Source: Balamuthia mandrillaris (Eukaryota). From it: a stretch of DNA of 64,000 bases. Position numbers and translations under genes: made by a program. Below are positions 1 through 28,355 of this stretch, piece by piece. A model generated the notes under the pieces. It saw only the letters and a list, made by a program, of their open reading frames with translations, was not told where the DNA came from and made no database searches. The stretch covers positions 62,001 through 126,000 of the forward strand of contig JAVKOQ020000028.1 of assembly GCA_031835245.2 (NCBI GenBank), read 5' to 3'. The first letter of the stretch is position 1. Every line of letters starts with the position of its first letter.

Positions 1-14
1 CATACCAAACACAG

Positions 15-596
15 AATGACGCAAACACGGCCAGAGATCATCGTTGAAGGAAGCATCGACGGTAAAACGTGGCTACCTTATGAATTCCCTTACAAAGTTG
101 GAGCCACCAACCGAACTCCCCCTTTCATTGGTGCGCAGCCCCCTCTTTCTTCTCTCTTCTCTGTCATCTGATGATACCAAAAACAAAGCACCACATCAAC
201 CACGATTGGATTGGCAAATGTGGTTCGCGGCCTTGGGCAACTACCAAAACAACCCATGGTTCGTCAACTTCCTGGCGAAACTCTTCCACAACTCCTCCGA
301 TGTGCTGCAACTTCTTGAGAACAATCCTTTCCCTGATCAACCACCCAAACGCATTCGTGCTCGCCTCTTTGAGTATGAGTAAGTTATTCTTGGCTGCTCT
401 CTTTTGGATATTCCTGACACAAGCGCAAAAAACAGGTTTACAAAGCCGCTGAATGGTTCGTTGTTGACAGACCTCTATGCTTCATTCTACAATCATCATC
501 TCATCAACGAAAAAGTCTATACCGTCAACAAGAACCCCAAGTTCAAACCTTATCCATCGGTTTGCTTCCCTCTTTCTTTCTCTCTCTTTCTCTTTT

Positions 597-639
<43 letters not shown>

Positions 640-799
640 TTCTCTTTCTCTTTCTCTTTCTCTTTCTCTTGCTCTTTCTCTTTCTCTTTCTCTTTCTCTT
701 TCTCTTTCTCTTGCTCTTTCTCTTTCTCTTTCTCTTTCTCTTTCTCTTTCTCCTCTTGCTCTTGCTCTTTCTCTTTCTCTTTCTCTTTCTCTTTCTCTT

Positions 800-834
<35 letters not shown>

Positions 835-860
835 CTCTCTCGTCGTTTCTCTTTCTCCTC

Positions 861-894
<34 letters not shown>

Positions 895-1212
895 CCACAA
901 AAACTAACCCACCAAAACAAAAAGATGCCAAACAAAGAATGGTGGACGCGCGCAGCCAACAGCAGCAGCTACTTGACGCTCAGCCAATTCCCGAACGAGA
1001 ACGTGGAGAAGTTTTTGGCTGGTTATGGGTGGAGCTCCAAGCCCCTCCCCTCTGATGACCTTTGGGAGAAGACCAACACAAAGGGCACCTCCTCCCCGAT
1101 GGTCAACATGGAGCGGTGGCTGTTGCGTCGGCTGCATCCGGCGTTGAGCGGTTGGCTCTTCCTCATTGTCTCCGTGGTGGTTGCCTTCTCCGTCCTCCTC
1201 ATCCTGATATAA
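15..1212 (+). CDS. Lipase maturation factor family protein, 3' exons only (5' end outside window)
   Basis: Spliced reading MTQTRPEIIVEGSIDGKTWLPYEFPYK...APHQPRLDWQMWFAALG...PPKRIRARLFEY is the LMF C-terminal signature. Exons approx 15-130, 189-378, 436-~558, ~926-1212; hydrophobic C-terminus. Confidence 0.9.
566..895. repeat. Intronic (TCTTTC)n/(CT)n microsatellite
   Basis: Directly visible; lies inside an LMF intron and creates the spurious low-complexity ORFs here. Confidence 0.95.
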
Positions 1213-1333
1213 GCTATCTTGTTGTGTTTTCAAACGGGCTTTTGTTTTTGTTTCAACAAACAAACAAACTTCTTCGCGTTCGCTTGCTTTCGTTCTGCTC
1301 TTTCTTTCTTTCTTTCTTCTGTTATCCTTGCTA

Positions 1334-1957
1334 TCAAAAGGAGCGCCACCCTGTTGTGCTTGTGGTGGAGGAAGAAGGCCGTCGAGGTTGGTGCTCAAAC
1401 GCTCGAAAGACCCTTCGAGTGGTGCCGGCGGTCTCCTCGTTGAGCCACCAGCCAAAGAACAGCGGGGCAATGAGCTCCGCCAGCAACAGGGGAGCGAACA
1501 AGAGAGGCTGCCATCGCCCCAGCTCCCCGCCGCAAACGGCGTAGTACCAGCCGATCTCCAAGAGGGCGGAGAGGAGGCCCCAAAAGAGGCCCGTGCGAAC
1601 GGCGGCGGCTTTCCACAGGTGGGGGTCTCGCTTGGGGGTGGTCAGGTAGTAGGAGGCAACGCAGACGGCCACCACGCCGACCCCAGCCTTCCAGAAGAGC
1701 TTGGAGACATCGCCCTTCAGGCCCACCACCACGTAGCTGAAGGGGGTGTTGAAGAGGAGGACCGCATGCACGGCCAACCACCAGTAGAACAGGGTTTGCC
1801 AGGAGTGTGGTTCGTCGGCGTGGTGGTGGTGGTCTGAGGGAAGGCCATCATATTCGTCGTCGCTGTCGCTGGCCACTTTTATCTCCTCGTCTTCCTCGTC
1901 TTCCTCCTCTTCCTCTTCCTCCCATTTCAACTCAACGGTGGTGGCTTTCTTCTTCAT
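1334..1957 (-). CDS. Hypothetical multi-pass membrane protein with acidic N-terminus
   Basis: Intronless ORF (MKKKATTVELKW...), GC-rich third positions, about four hydrophobic segments. No family recognised. Confidence 0.6.
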   Translation of the reverse strand: MKKKATTVELKWEEEEEEEDEEDEEIKVASDSDDEYDGLPSDHHHHADEPHSWQTLFYWWLAVHAVLLFNTPFSYVVVGLKGDVSKLFWKAGVGVVAVCVASYYLTTPKRDPHLWKAAAVRTGLFWGLLSALLEIGWYYAVCGGELGRWQPLLFAPLLLAELIAPLFFGWWLNEETAGTTRRVFRAFEHQPRRPSSSTTSTTGWRSF

Positions 1958-2807
1958 TTCTTGCTCCCCTATTTTTATTTCATGTGCATGCACTCTAAAA
2001 TTCTTCCAAGAAAACTAGTTTTGGTGATTTTATTGTTATAATTGTTGAAGTTGTTACGTCTCCCGAAGGCACGACCATGGGAAGGAGGAGGACATCTTGG
2101 TCTTTAAAGCGCACAATCTACCTTGAAGGACAGAGTCAGAACGACCTGACCAAGCCGCGAAACATCCGCTTTGTATTTGCAGGCTTCAACAATCATTGGA
2201 ATTGTTGATTCCACGTGCCTACGGACTTCATTCCTGTTTTTCTTCCATACCTCTCCTTCATCATTCTGCTCTGCGATGTACCCTCTGCCTCACCCTTTTT
2301 TCTTCCTTTTCTTCCATTCATTCATTGCAGTTGGTAGAGTTTGAGCTTGATTGTCCCAAACTACACCAGACCGATCTGAATAACTGCCCGTGGTGTCAGA
2401 ACGTGCACTGATCGTGTTGTCAGATAACACAAAGAACAACGTGGTACAACAAGCAAGAAAACCATTTGAATAAGTTCTGGAAGTCAGGACCACTTGTTAA
2501 CCTATGTACACAACCACTAAGCGTTATAGGACTTGAAAAGAAGAAAACGTGGTACAGCAAAAACTCCTTTCTGCTCTTTATGAATGTGCGATGTCATTTA
2601 ACGAGGGAGACCTGCAGAAAAGGTCCTGTGATACTTTCTCCTTTCCACTTTCTCTTTTTGTTGTCTCTTTTTGATGTGAAGAGCAGAGGTGTTCGCTGGT
2701 GCTCCAAATATCGAGTGCTCTCTCAATAGTACGATGATCGGTCCTCCAACGCCTTTTAAACAGCCGCCACAAGCTCGTGCTCTGTCTTCGCCGGGTGTAC
2801 CTGCCCT

Positions 2808-3914
2808 CTATGTTGTAGATGAAGCAGGAGGTTTCATTGTTTGAAGCTTGGCCTTTAAGTTGGAAAGGGCGTCTTGTGTTTTGCGCATATAGTCCCGTGC
2901 ACTTCTGGGACAATGACGAAAACGATGAGCTTTGCCTTGCTCTTCCGTTCTATCATAGTTCCGCTTGGCGCGCCGAACGCTCTCTCCCAATTTTGCGCAC
3001 GGATGGCAACAATAGCTCTGCGGTGGGTACTGTGCTAGCCTATTTCCTTCACAGTCGTTGGAGACGATTTGGCGTGGAAGGTTATCCACATAGAGGACGA
3101 AACCAAGTCTCTTACGTTTGTTGCCAATGATCCCTCCTTTTCCCCACCAATCTACTGCAAACTGGCGCAATGCTGGTGTTCCAGTATAACCACAGCAGAT
3201 CCGGCCTTCACCGACGGTTGAGGATGGGCATGTCTTCTTTCTCTTTGTTGGTCTTATGGCAGGTGCGTTCTCCTGTTCTCGATTTTCCTCGTTGTCCATG
3301 ATGATCGCTCTCATGGTTGGTGAATGTGGTGCTTCATCTCCTTCTGAAGATGAAATGTGGTTGAGCTGGAGGTTCACCTCAGCAAGAGCGCCGAGTGCAG
3401 AGAATCTTTCGGGGTTCTCCACCGCGTGTGGAAGTTCTGCTGCAAGCCTTCCATGAAGCTTGTTCAATTCTTCCTGCACATGGCTTTTTGGGGCTGAGTT
3501 ATCTTCCAACTTAGTTAACTGCTTTATCCGATGAAGTTGTGCCGAGACATCAGCCATAAATGGTGATGGTGGCCGTTCAGGAGCAAGTGGCGCTGTTGAT
3601 GGTATGCTCTCCGCGGGGATGCTTTCCAACGGCTCTGAGGGCACGCTGCTTGAGGTGGAAGCAGAGGGTGTGCAGCCGGAGAGCATGGGGGAAGGTATGG
3701 ACGCCTGCAAAAGCGAAGGAGCAGGAAGCACCATTGAACTGTTTGTGGGAGTTGAAGGTAGCATGCAGGTTGTTGAGCGAGGGTCGAAGGGCAGTGTCGA
3801 TTGCACAGCTGTTGCCCCTCCCTCAACGGCTCGCCTTTCGGAGGGCACGCCTCCTTCAGTGGCTGGCATGGAGGTTGAAGAGGTGAAGCGAACCCCTGAA
3901 GGAGCAGAAGGCAT
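2808..3914 (-). CDS. Hypothetical protein with Cys cluster (CxG...SxxC...CxxC) and coiled coil; possibly transposase N-terminal remnant
   Basis: Long open frame: S/P-rich N-terminus, ICCGY...IVSNDC...YCCHPCAKL, then a basic helical tail. Start uncertain; upstream exons possible. Confidence 0.45.
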   Translation of the reverse strand: MPSAPSGVRFTSSTSMPATEGGVPSERRAVEGGATAVQSTLPFDPRSTTCMLPSTPTNSSMVLPAPSLLQASIPSPMLSGCTPSASTSSSVPSEPLESIPAESIPSTAPLAPERPPSPFMADVSAQLHRIKQLTKLEDNSAPKSHVQEELNKLHGRLAAELPHAVENPERFSALGALAEVNLQLNHISSSEGDEAPHSPTMRAIIMDNEENREQENAPAIRPTKRKKTCPSSTVGEGRICCGYTGTPALRQFAVDWWGKGGIIGNKRKRLGFVLYVDNLPRQIVSNDCEGNRLAQYPPQSYCCHPCAKLGESVRRAKRNYDRTEEQGKAHRFRHCPRSARDYMRKTQDALSNLKAKLQTMKPPASSTT

Positions 3915-4530
3915 GGCTGGGGCAAAAAGTAAACTGCCACGAACCACTGAAAACACAAAAAAAATAGTAAGGGTTAGAAACCTGCGAAAAGGAGGAAAAT
4001 GAACACAGACTACTATTACGATTTTGCACAAGCCATCGCTTGTGATTTGTCCAGGCCTTGGACTTCTTGGTGGGCGGCAGCTTCCAGCCACAACTGCATT
4101 TATCCTCCCCGCGAAGGTGAGTCTTATTAATGTGGAGAATAAAACCCCGCTTCTGGGCCGCCTCCATCCTTTCGATTGTTCCAACGGTAATAAAAGGCAA
4201 TACAAGGGTGGTCTTGCTTTCTTCTTGCTTCCTACCTCTGTTCTCTGCTTCTCTCTCTCTCTCTCTCTCTTTGGGCGGTTAAATACAACCTGAGTCTCTT
4301 CAATAAAAGCGAGCGGCCGGCAACTCGTCTTCAAGTCTTACAAGGCCTGCAAGGAACGGTTTCTGGCCTGTGGGAAGGATATCAGGGCCTGCAGGAAGAA
4401 CAGAAGGCCTCTGCTGCAGAGGGGTATCCATGTCCTGCAGGAGGGCAACCTCAAGAGGCAGCATGACCCGCCAGAGGATGAGCTGCTGCTTCTCCTGCGA
4501 AGCGAGGAGCAAATAACGAGTTGGCCAATG

Positions 4531-4555
4531 TGCGTCCAACGGGATTCGAACCCGC
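4531..4555 (-). other. tRNA-like 3' fragment (T-arm/B-box plus acceptor-like 3' strand)
   Basis: Minus strand GCGGG-TTCGAAT-CCCGT-TGGACGC-A forms a canonical T stem-loop. No convincing D-arm or 5' acceptor strand, so not called a tRNA gene. Confidence 0.45.
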
Positions 4556-4921
4556 ATGGGCTATCAAATGCTGTACAACTTGTTGCCGATTTCAGCTCCG
4601 CAACAGCACAACAGCAAAAACACAACGCGCAACGGTTTGGTTTGGCGGAGGTCCTTGTCGACACTCATTTTCCCGCGCCAATTTGGCAGGATACCGCAGG
4701 GACTTTTTTGGCTGCCCTTTCTCCCCTTGCCATTTCTTTTCGTTCCTGTGGACAATTTTCAGTGGCCAAGTTTCCAGTTTTCCGCTCTTCCTTTGCTTTG
4801 TCCGCACAAAAGAAAGTACGTAGCGAGCCACCGGTCCTCCTTGTTCCTTCCTTCCTTCCTCCACTACCTCCTCCTCCTTCTTCTTCTTCTTTGCTGCTAG
4901 GTTCCCTGGTTGAAGCCAAAG

Positions 4922-6781
4922 ATGAAGTACGTTTGTTTGTTTGTGTTGGTCGGCCTCCTCCTTTTTTTTTTTCCATATGCCTCACATTTTTTTTAAAAAA
5001 AATCAATCTCTCGTGCAATGTTGTTGGTGTGGGGTGTGACCTCTTAAGTATCAATCAGTGCTTTGATGATGGCGGTCTGCTCACCATCATGTCCTTTTTG
5101 GACGTTGCCTCGCTGGGCAGGTGCCACTTGGTGTGCCAAAAGTGGAAGCAGATAGCCAGCGACCACACGTTGTGGCGTGCTGCCTGTTATGACCTGCTGT
5201 TGAACGGGCTGAGTGGAGGAGGAAGCGACGGAGAGACAGAGACTTGCCATAAGGTCGCGACTGAAGTTGCTGCGTTGGATGAAAAAGGTGCCGTGAACCA
5301 ACAAGCAGAGAAGCGTCTTCGCATAGACCCACAACAGTGCGGCTTTCCCAACGAACCCACCAGCTGGCAACTGCTATTTAAGCACTTTGTACACACTCTT
5401 ACCTTTCTCCTCTTCTCCCACTTCTTGTTCTTTGTTGTCTTCTTCTTGCCTCTTGCTTCTTCTTCATTGTTGGATTCATTGTTCTCTTCTCTTCTCTAAC
5501 ACCTGTTTTAAATCGCAGTTATCAGCCCACATAGTGGATCCAAGATCGGCCACTTCCCCTCCAAGCAAATGGCCCAAACGTTATTCCACTCTCTCTCGGG
5601 CAGTATCCGCAGCTACACGAGAGCAACCCTTCATCTACTTACTGCCAGGCCTTCACGCTGCCTATTGCAACGGCGGAGGAGGCGTTAGGACGGATGAAGA
5701 AGCTGATGTATGCAACAAACCGGTCAAGATAAGAGGGCTGGGCCAACACCCCAGCGATGTGGTCATCTCGCCAGCTGCCACGTTGGAGTACCGAGACACG
5801 ATGCTTCGACTTAGTGGGTGGTGTGCTTTGGAGTTTTCGGGACCGCCATCTCCCTCTTCTGCTAGACTATCGCATCGTCAAAGAAGGAAGGAAGATCTTT
5901 TCGATGGTGACGCTGAGAACGAAGATGAGAAGAGATGGGTGGAACATGCGGTGGGATACACTGAAGAAGAACTAACAGAGTTATTGGATGAGACAAAGGA
6001 GAACTCTTTGAATCGACCGCTGTTAAAAGGAGTAAAGTTGCTGCACGACGCTGGGCATGCCATTTGCATCGGCAGAGGTTCCTCTGTCATTATCAAAGAC
6101 TGCGAGTTTGAAAACAATCCAAAGGAAGAAGAAGATGAAGAGGAAGCAAAGGAGGAAGAGAACACGTCAACCCATGACGAGGCTGAACATGACTCTGCAA
6201 GAGAAGAGAAAACGAGGGATAGAACTACTGTAGCGTTGGAAGCTCTTCTTCAAGGAAGAATCATATCTGCCAGTGCGCTTCGGTCCGGAGGATCTTGCGT
6301 TAATATCTTTGGAAGCCAGACCGACACCATTTTGTACAGATGTAAAATTTTGAATGCTGGTAACTTTCTTTATCTTTCGCTTTGCCTCATGTGAAAACTA
6401 CTAAACACAAAACGATACAAAGGCAAACACGGAATCTTTATAGGAGAGGAAGCCACAGCATGCGTGATCGACAGCTCCGTTAGCAACACGGAGCACAGCG
6501 GAGTTCATGCTCGTTCTCTAGGTCGAGCGTTGATCCGCTCGTGCATCATCCAAAACTGCCAACACCACGGCGTGTTTGTGAACGAGGACGGCATTGCCGT
6601 CGTGGAAGACAGCACCATTTCGGATGTTGCCGGTGATGGCGTTCATATCTTTAGTTCCAATGAAGGAGCAGAGCAACACCGCCAAAGGGCTTTTTGCAAG
6701 CAACGAGGAAACGTGCTGCGCAACTGTGCCCACTCCAAGGTAGGCCCAACCACCAGCGCCTCCGATTGTATAATCGCTTGA
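4922..6781 (+). CDS. F-box protein with C-terminal right-handed beta-helix repeats (FBXO11-like architecture)
   Basis: Exons 4922-4926, 5049-5388, 5519-6359, 6423-6781 splice in frame. F-box LLTIMSFLDVASLGRCHLVCQKWKQIASDHTLWR; beta-helix repeats such as IQNCQHHGVFV and ISDVAGDGVHI. Confidence 0.85.
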
Positions 6782-7163
6782 AAGTCCCGATACCCGCACA
6801 TGTAGATACACAAAACTTGAACCACGTGAATGAACGAAGGCACACGTTTGCTTTGTTTTCTTTTTTCTTTTTCCGTTTTTCTGTTTTCTGCTTCTTTTCG
6901 CTGAGTTTTCCACCAAAAAAGGAAAGAGTTCCCTAATGCCATGTCACCTTGGAAACCGAACGGGTGGTGTCCTTGGCAACGAAAACCTCTTGCCCCGAAG
7001 CGCATCGCAAAATTTCCTCAAAGTCCAAAAAAAGCGGTATTAGCCTATTTCGGTAATTATCAAAAATCATAAATGAAATAAATTGCCAAGAAAAAATAAG
7101 ACGTCAAAATAAAAAAGTAGCCGGAAGAGAATAGCAGCAGCAGCAGCAGAGGGAGAGAGGGCC

Positions 7164-8927
7164 ATGAACGCCTTCCAACATGGGATGGGGGCAACCATTC
7201 CTGCGGCCGACCACTTGATGTTCTTCCATCCCAGAAATTCTTCCTATCGCATCACAACCAGCCTGTCTTTGGAGGAGGAGGACGACCAGGAGGAGGAGGA
7301 GGACAGCTACTACTCCACCAACCCAACCGCTACCTCGTCCTCACCCACCTCCACCTCCTCCTCTTACATTTTCTCCAACTCTGCTTCCTCCTCTGGTGGC
7401 TCCCCACCTCTCTCAGGAGACCAAGGAGCCTCGTTCACAGGTGGTGGCGGCGAGGAAGAGGACGAGACCACGGACGCAGGCCTATTGACATGGTCCTCCT
7501 TCTCTGACCTTGGCACCATAATCATTCATCCTTCTCCCTGTCCTTCCAAAACTCCTTCCCCTCGTTTACTGCCACCTCCTCTCCCTTCTGGCTCTTCTGC
7601 CGCTTCCCTTCCCTCTGCAGCAGCATCTCCTTCCCATGCCCCTCCTCCGTCCATCCTTCAACAACTCAAAGAAACAACAGCCATTCAACTAACAAAAGCA
7701 GAAAAAGAAAAAGAAAGAGAAAAAGATAAATGTAGCATTAACCCATCTGCTTCCGCTCTGCCAACAACCAAGCTTTCCCTTCCTTCTTCTCCCTCAACTT
7801 CAACACATTCTTCTTCGTCTTATTCTGAGCCCTCCTCTGCTTCTCCTCTTACATCGTATGAACTCGTCGCGTTGGACCAAGATAAACGGCGTTCCCTTTC
7901 AAGCCAAAGACACACTGTAACTTCCACTCCTTCTATCGCTCCCTCCTCTCGTCTTCCCATGCCGCTCTCTTCTTTGGTGGTGGGCTTCAGGTTGATCGCC
8001 TCGGTGGTCGCTCTCTTGTTCGGGCTGTTGTTGGCCTTGCTCACCACACCGCTTCGACAGCATGAACGCACTCTTCAGCAACAGCAACGACAGCAACAGG
8101 AAGAAGAGCAACAGAGATTGAACAACATAAAGTTGGACCAAATACAACAACAAACGTTGGAAGAAGCACGCCGACAACTTGCGACTTTGGTTGTTCAGCA
8201 AGACGAAGAAGAGGAGGAAGAACGAACAAAAGTGGAAGCCAAAGGAAAAGAAAAAGAAAGGGCTGGAGCAGAGGAAGCAGAAATACAAGCGACAAAAACC
8301 GAAGAAAAAGGGGTAGAGAAGATGGATTGGGTGGTATGGCGCTCGGAGACAGGGAGTGTTATCATCAAGAAAGGGCCACGATCACCTGCAGTTTCCAAGA
8401 AAAAAGTCGCACAAGGCCAACCAGGCATCTCCAAAGAGCTCTTTCCAGAAGGAGACGAAGAGCAAGAGGACGACAAGAAAAACAAAAAGCAGAAGAAACA
8501 CAAAAAGAAAGACAAGAAAGACAAGAAAAAAAGACAGAGAAAAACAACATTTTCCCTTTGGCCCAAACGAAAGTCTAAGCAAGAACACACAAACGAATAC
8601 GAAGAAGAGGAAGAGGAGGAAGAAAAAGATGTATCCTTCGAACCCACCAACACTCTGAAAAGCAAAAAGCGCTTCTTACGTTTGCCAAGCTTGCGAAGAG
8701 TCAACTCTGCTCCGTTAAGCCATCACCACGTCTCCGCGGGCCAAAACAACGCCAACGCCACCGACAACAACAACGGCAACATCCACAACACCAAGAAGCC
8801 ATCCGCTCTCCATCGTTTGCAAATGTTTCGAAGGGTCAACTCGGCTGGTTTCATGTCCCTTCGACGGAGGAAGAAGAAGGCAGCAGCGGCAGCGGCGCTA
8901 AAAGAACAACATAACCAGCAGCCTTAA
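7164..8927 (+). CDS. Hypothetical low-complexity protein with one predicted TM helix
   Basis: 587-aa intronless ORF: Ser/Pro-rich, TM-like LIASVVALLFGLLLALL, Q/E/K-rich, two RRVNSA motifs. Confidence 0.7.
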   Translation: MNAFQHGMGATIPAADHLMFFHPRNSSYRITTSLSLEEEDDQEEEEDSYYSTNPTATSSSPTSTSSSYIFSNSASSSGGSPPLSGDQGASFTGGGGEEEDETTDAGLLTWSSFSDLGTIIIHPSPCPSKTPSPRLLPPPLPSGSSAASLPSAAASPSHAPPPSILQQLKETTAIQLTKAEKEKEREKDKCSINPSASALPTTKLSLPSSPSTSTHSSSSYSEPSSASPLTSYELVALDQDKRRSLSSQRHTVTSTPSIAPSSRLPMPLSSLVVGFRLIASVVALLFGLLLALLTTPLRQHERTLQQQQRQQQEEEQQRLNNIKLDQIQQQTLEEARRQLATLVVQQDEEEEEERTKVEAKGKEKERAGAEEAEIQATKTEEKGVEKMDWVVWRSETGSVIIKKGPRSPAVSKKKVAQGQPGISKELFPEGDEEQEDDKKNKKQKKHKKKDKKDKKKRQRKTTFSLWPKRKSKQEHTNEYEEEEEEEEKDVSFEPTNTLKSKKRFLRLPSLRRVNSAPLSHHHVSAGQNNANATDNNNGNIHNTKKPSALHRLQMFRRVNSAGFMSLRRRKKKAAAAAALKEQHNQQP

Positions 8928-9578
8928 AAACCCAACCTGCAACAAAAAAAAAACCATCCCAAAACGTTTGTTGTACTAGTAATAGCTTTTGTAAAAAAAA
9001 AAAACTCTTCCACCGCCAGATGAAACATTCATTCATTCATTCTTCTTCTTTTTCTTGTTCTTCTTCTTGTTCTTCTTCTTCTTCTTCCTTCTTCCTCCTT
9101 TTCCTGGGCAGCGGAGAAGCAGCGAGCGATGGATAGGGAGAGAGGACAGGAGCATGGAGAGGAGAGAGACCACACCCTAAGCGATGCCCGCTGGAGCATT
9201 CTATTAGGTTGGAGCAAACAAATGAATTGATTCTCCAATAAATTGAAAGTATTAGCAAAAAATATTTTCCCAGAAGGAGAGAAGAAGAAGACCACGCTGG
9301 TGGTAACTCGTCCGCGCGCACACCCCGTCCCCTTCTCTCTCCTCAACTTTATTTTTTTTACTTCCTCCTTTTTTTTTTCTTTCACCACGAGCTAGTAGTT
9401 TTGGGGAAAAAAATATCAAGGTAAAAAAAAAATAAAATCTATTCTACATCTGTTTCTATCTTTTTTATTTTGCATTTATTTTCTCATCAGTGACCACAAC
9501 GAAAACTTTGATTTATTTGTTTGCTAATTTGTTTTGCACACACCCTAAAAAAATAAAATATCACAGGAAAGGGAGGGC

Positions 9579-27031
<17,453 letters not shown>

Positions 27032-27072
27032 AAACACAAAGTTTTTATTCATTGATTGCGCCGCCTTATCTC

Positions 27073-28313
27073 TTACTGCGCCGCTGTGTTGTGTTCATCA
27101 TCTGAGGGATAGGTGAGAGGACGAATGTGTTGCTGCCAGTAATGAGGCTTCCCGTTGGGAACAGCGAATCTGTATCTGCGCGCTCGCGCCAAGTAGTTCT
27201 CGTAGATGTTGCCGTCATAGCGCCCAATCTCTGACTGAAGAACAAAGTCAGGAAAGTGGAAAGCGTCCGTCAACAAGATGGCATGCTTCCTCAACTCTGC
27301 GCTCAGCTCCACCCTCAACTCTTCTGCCCACGTCAACACGGAGGAAGCACCTGTCTCAACAAGGTAAAGGAGGGCAGTGGCTTCCTCGTGAAGGTGTGAA
27401 ACAAAGAAGAGCGAACGAAGAAGACGTAAAGTCGCTTTGGCTCTCTCGTCTACAGCGGATGTTGGCTCTTCGATGGCGTTGTGGAAAGTGCGAAGCATTT
27501 GGAAGAGGCAGTGCAACTTGGAGCAGCGAACCAGTTGTGACATGTGAGCGTTCCAAGCGCCTCCTTCCTCCATCAACTTGACCTTTGTTTGTTGCTTTTG
27601 TTGATAGTCAGCGATGCTTCGGCCTGTTCTCTCGATCTGAGCAGCAGCCAAAAAGGCCATCACTTCCAACTGCACGTCTGGAAGAAGCAACTGTTCCTTT
27701 GAACGAAGAAGGTGCTGAAGACTCCTCTCTTTCATCGCAGATAAACATTGGCTCAAGTAATCCACAGACCCGCTTAACTTCTTTCCCTTTGTAACTGCTA
27801 TCTTATAGGCTGAAAGCAAGAGACGAGCGTTTTGTTGGGCCATCACCATGTTATCTCCCTCTCCTGTTATGTAGACTGCAAAGTCAGCCAGTAAGGTCGA
27901 TAAGCCTGTATAGGCGCTATAGCCATGGCCGCCGCAGCAGCGACGACAGAGCTCGATGCCGTCCTGAGTCATCCACGTGCACCACGCCTTCAGGCCAGAG
28001 CTCAAGGAATGAAAGTCTGGAAGAGAGCTCAGGTCAGAGAAGTTCTGATCCAGCAGTCGTTGATAGCTGCGTTGCAGCTGATCAGCAGCAAAGTGCATGG
28101 CGTAGACGTCGGCCAAGAGCGGCATCAAGCGAAGCTGGTGGGATTGAAGGTCTAAAAGATGAAGCGGAGAGTTTGGTTGTTTGGAGGTGATGCTGTGTTG
28201 ACGGCGAACGGCGGCGTAACGCGTTGCGATCGTTAATGCTACCTTTAGATGGTCAGATGCCGCTCTTGTCTTTTGTTTTATGTAACGATTTTTAATAATA
28301 GTTAGAAGGTAGC

Positions 28314-28355
<42 letters not shown>

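Noticed and set aside
404..1055. Overlapping ORFs with poly-SL/FL/RK/EK repeats
   Set aside because: Translations of an intronic hexamer microsatellite.
4531..4630. Complete tRNA gene
   Set aside because: Only the T-arm and 3' strand are convincing; no proper D-arm, 5' acceptor pairing or T-run terminator.
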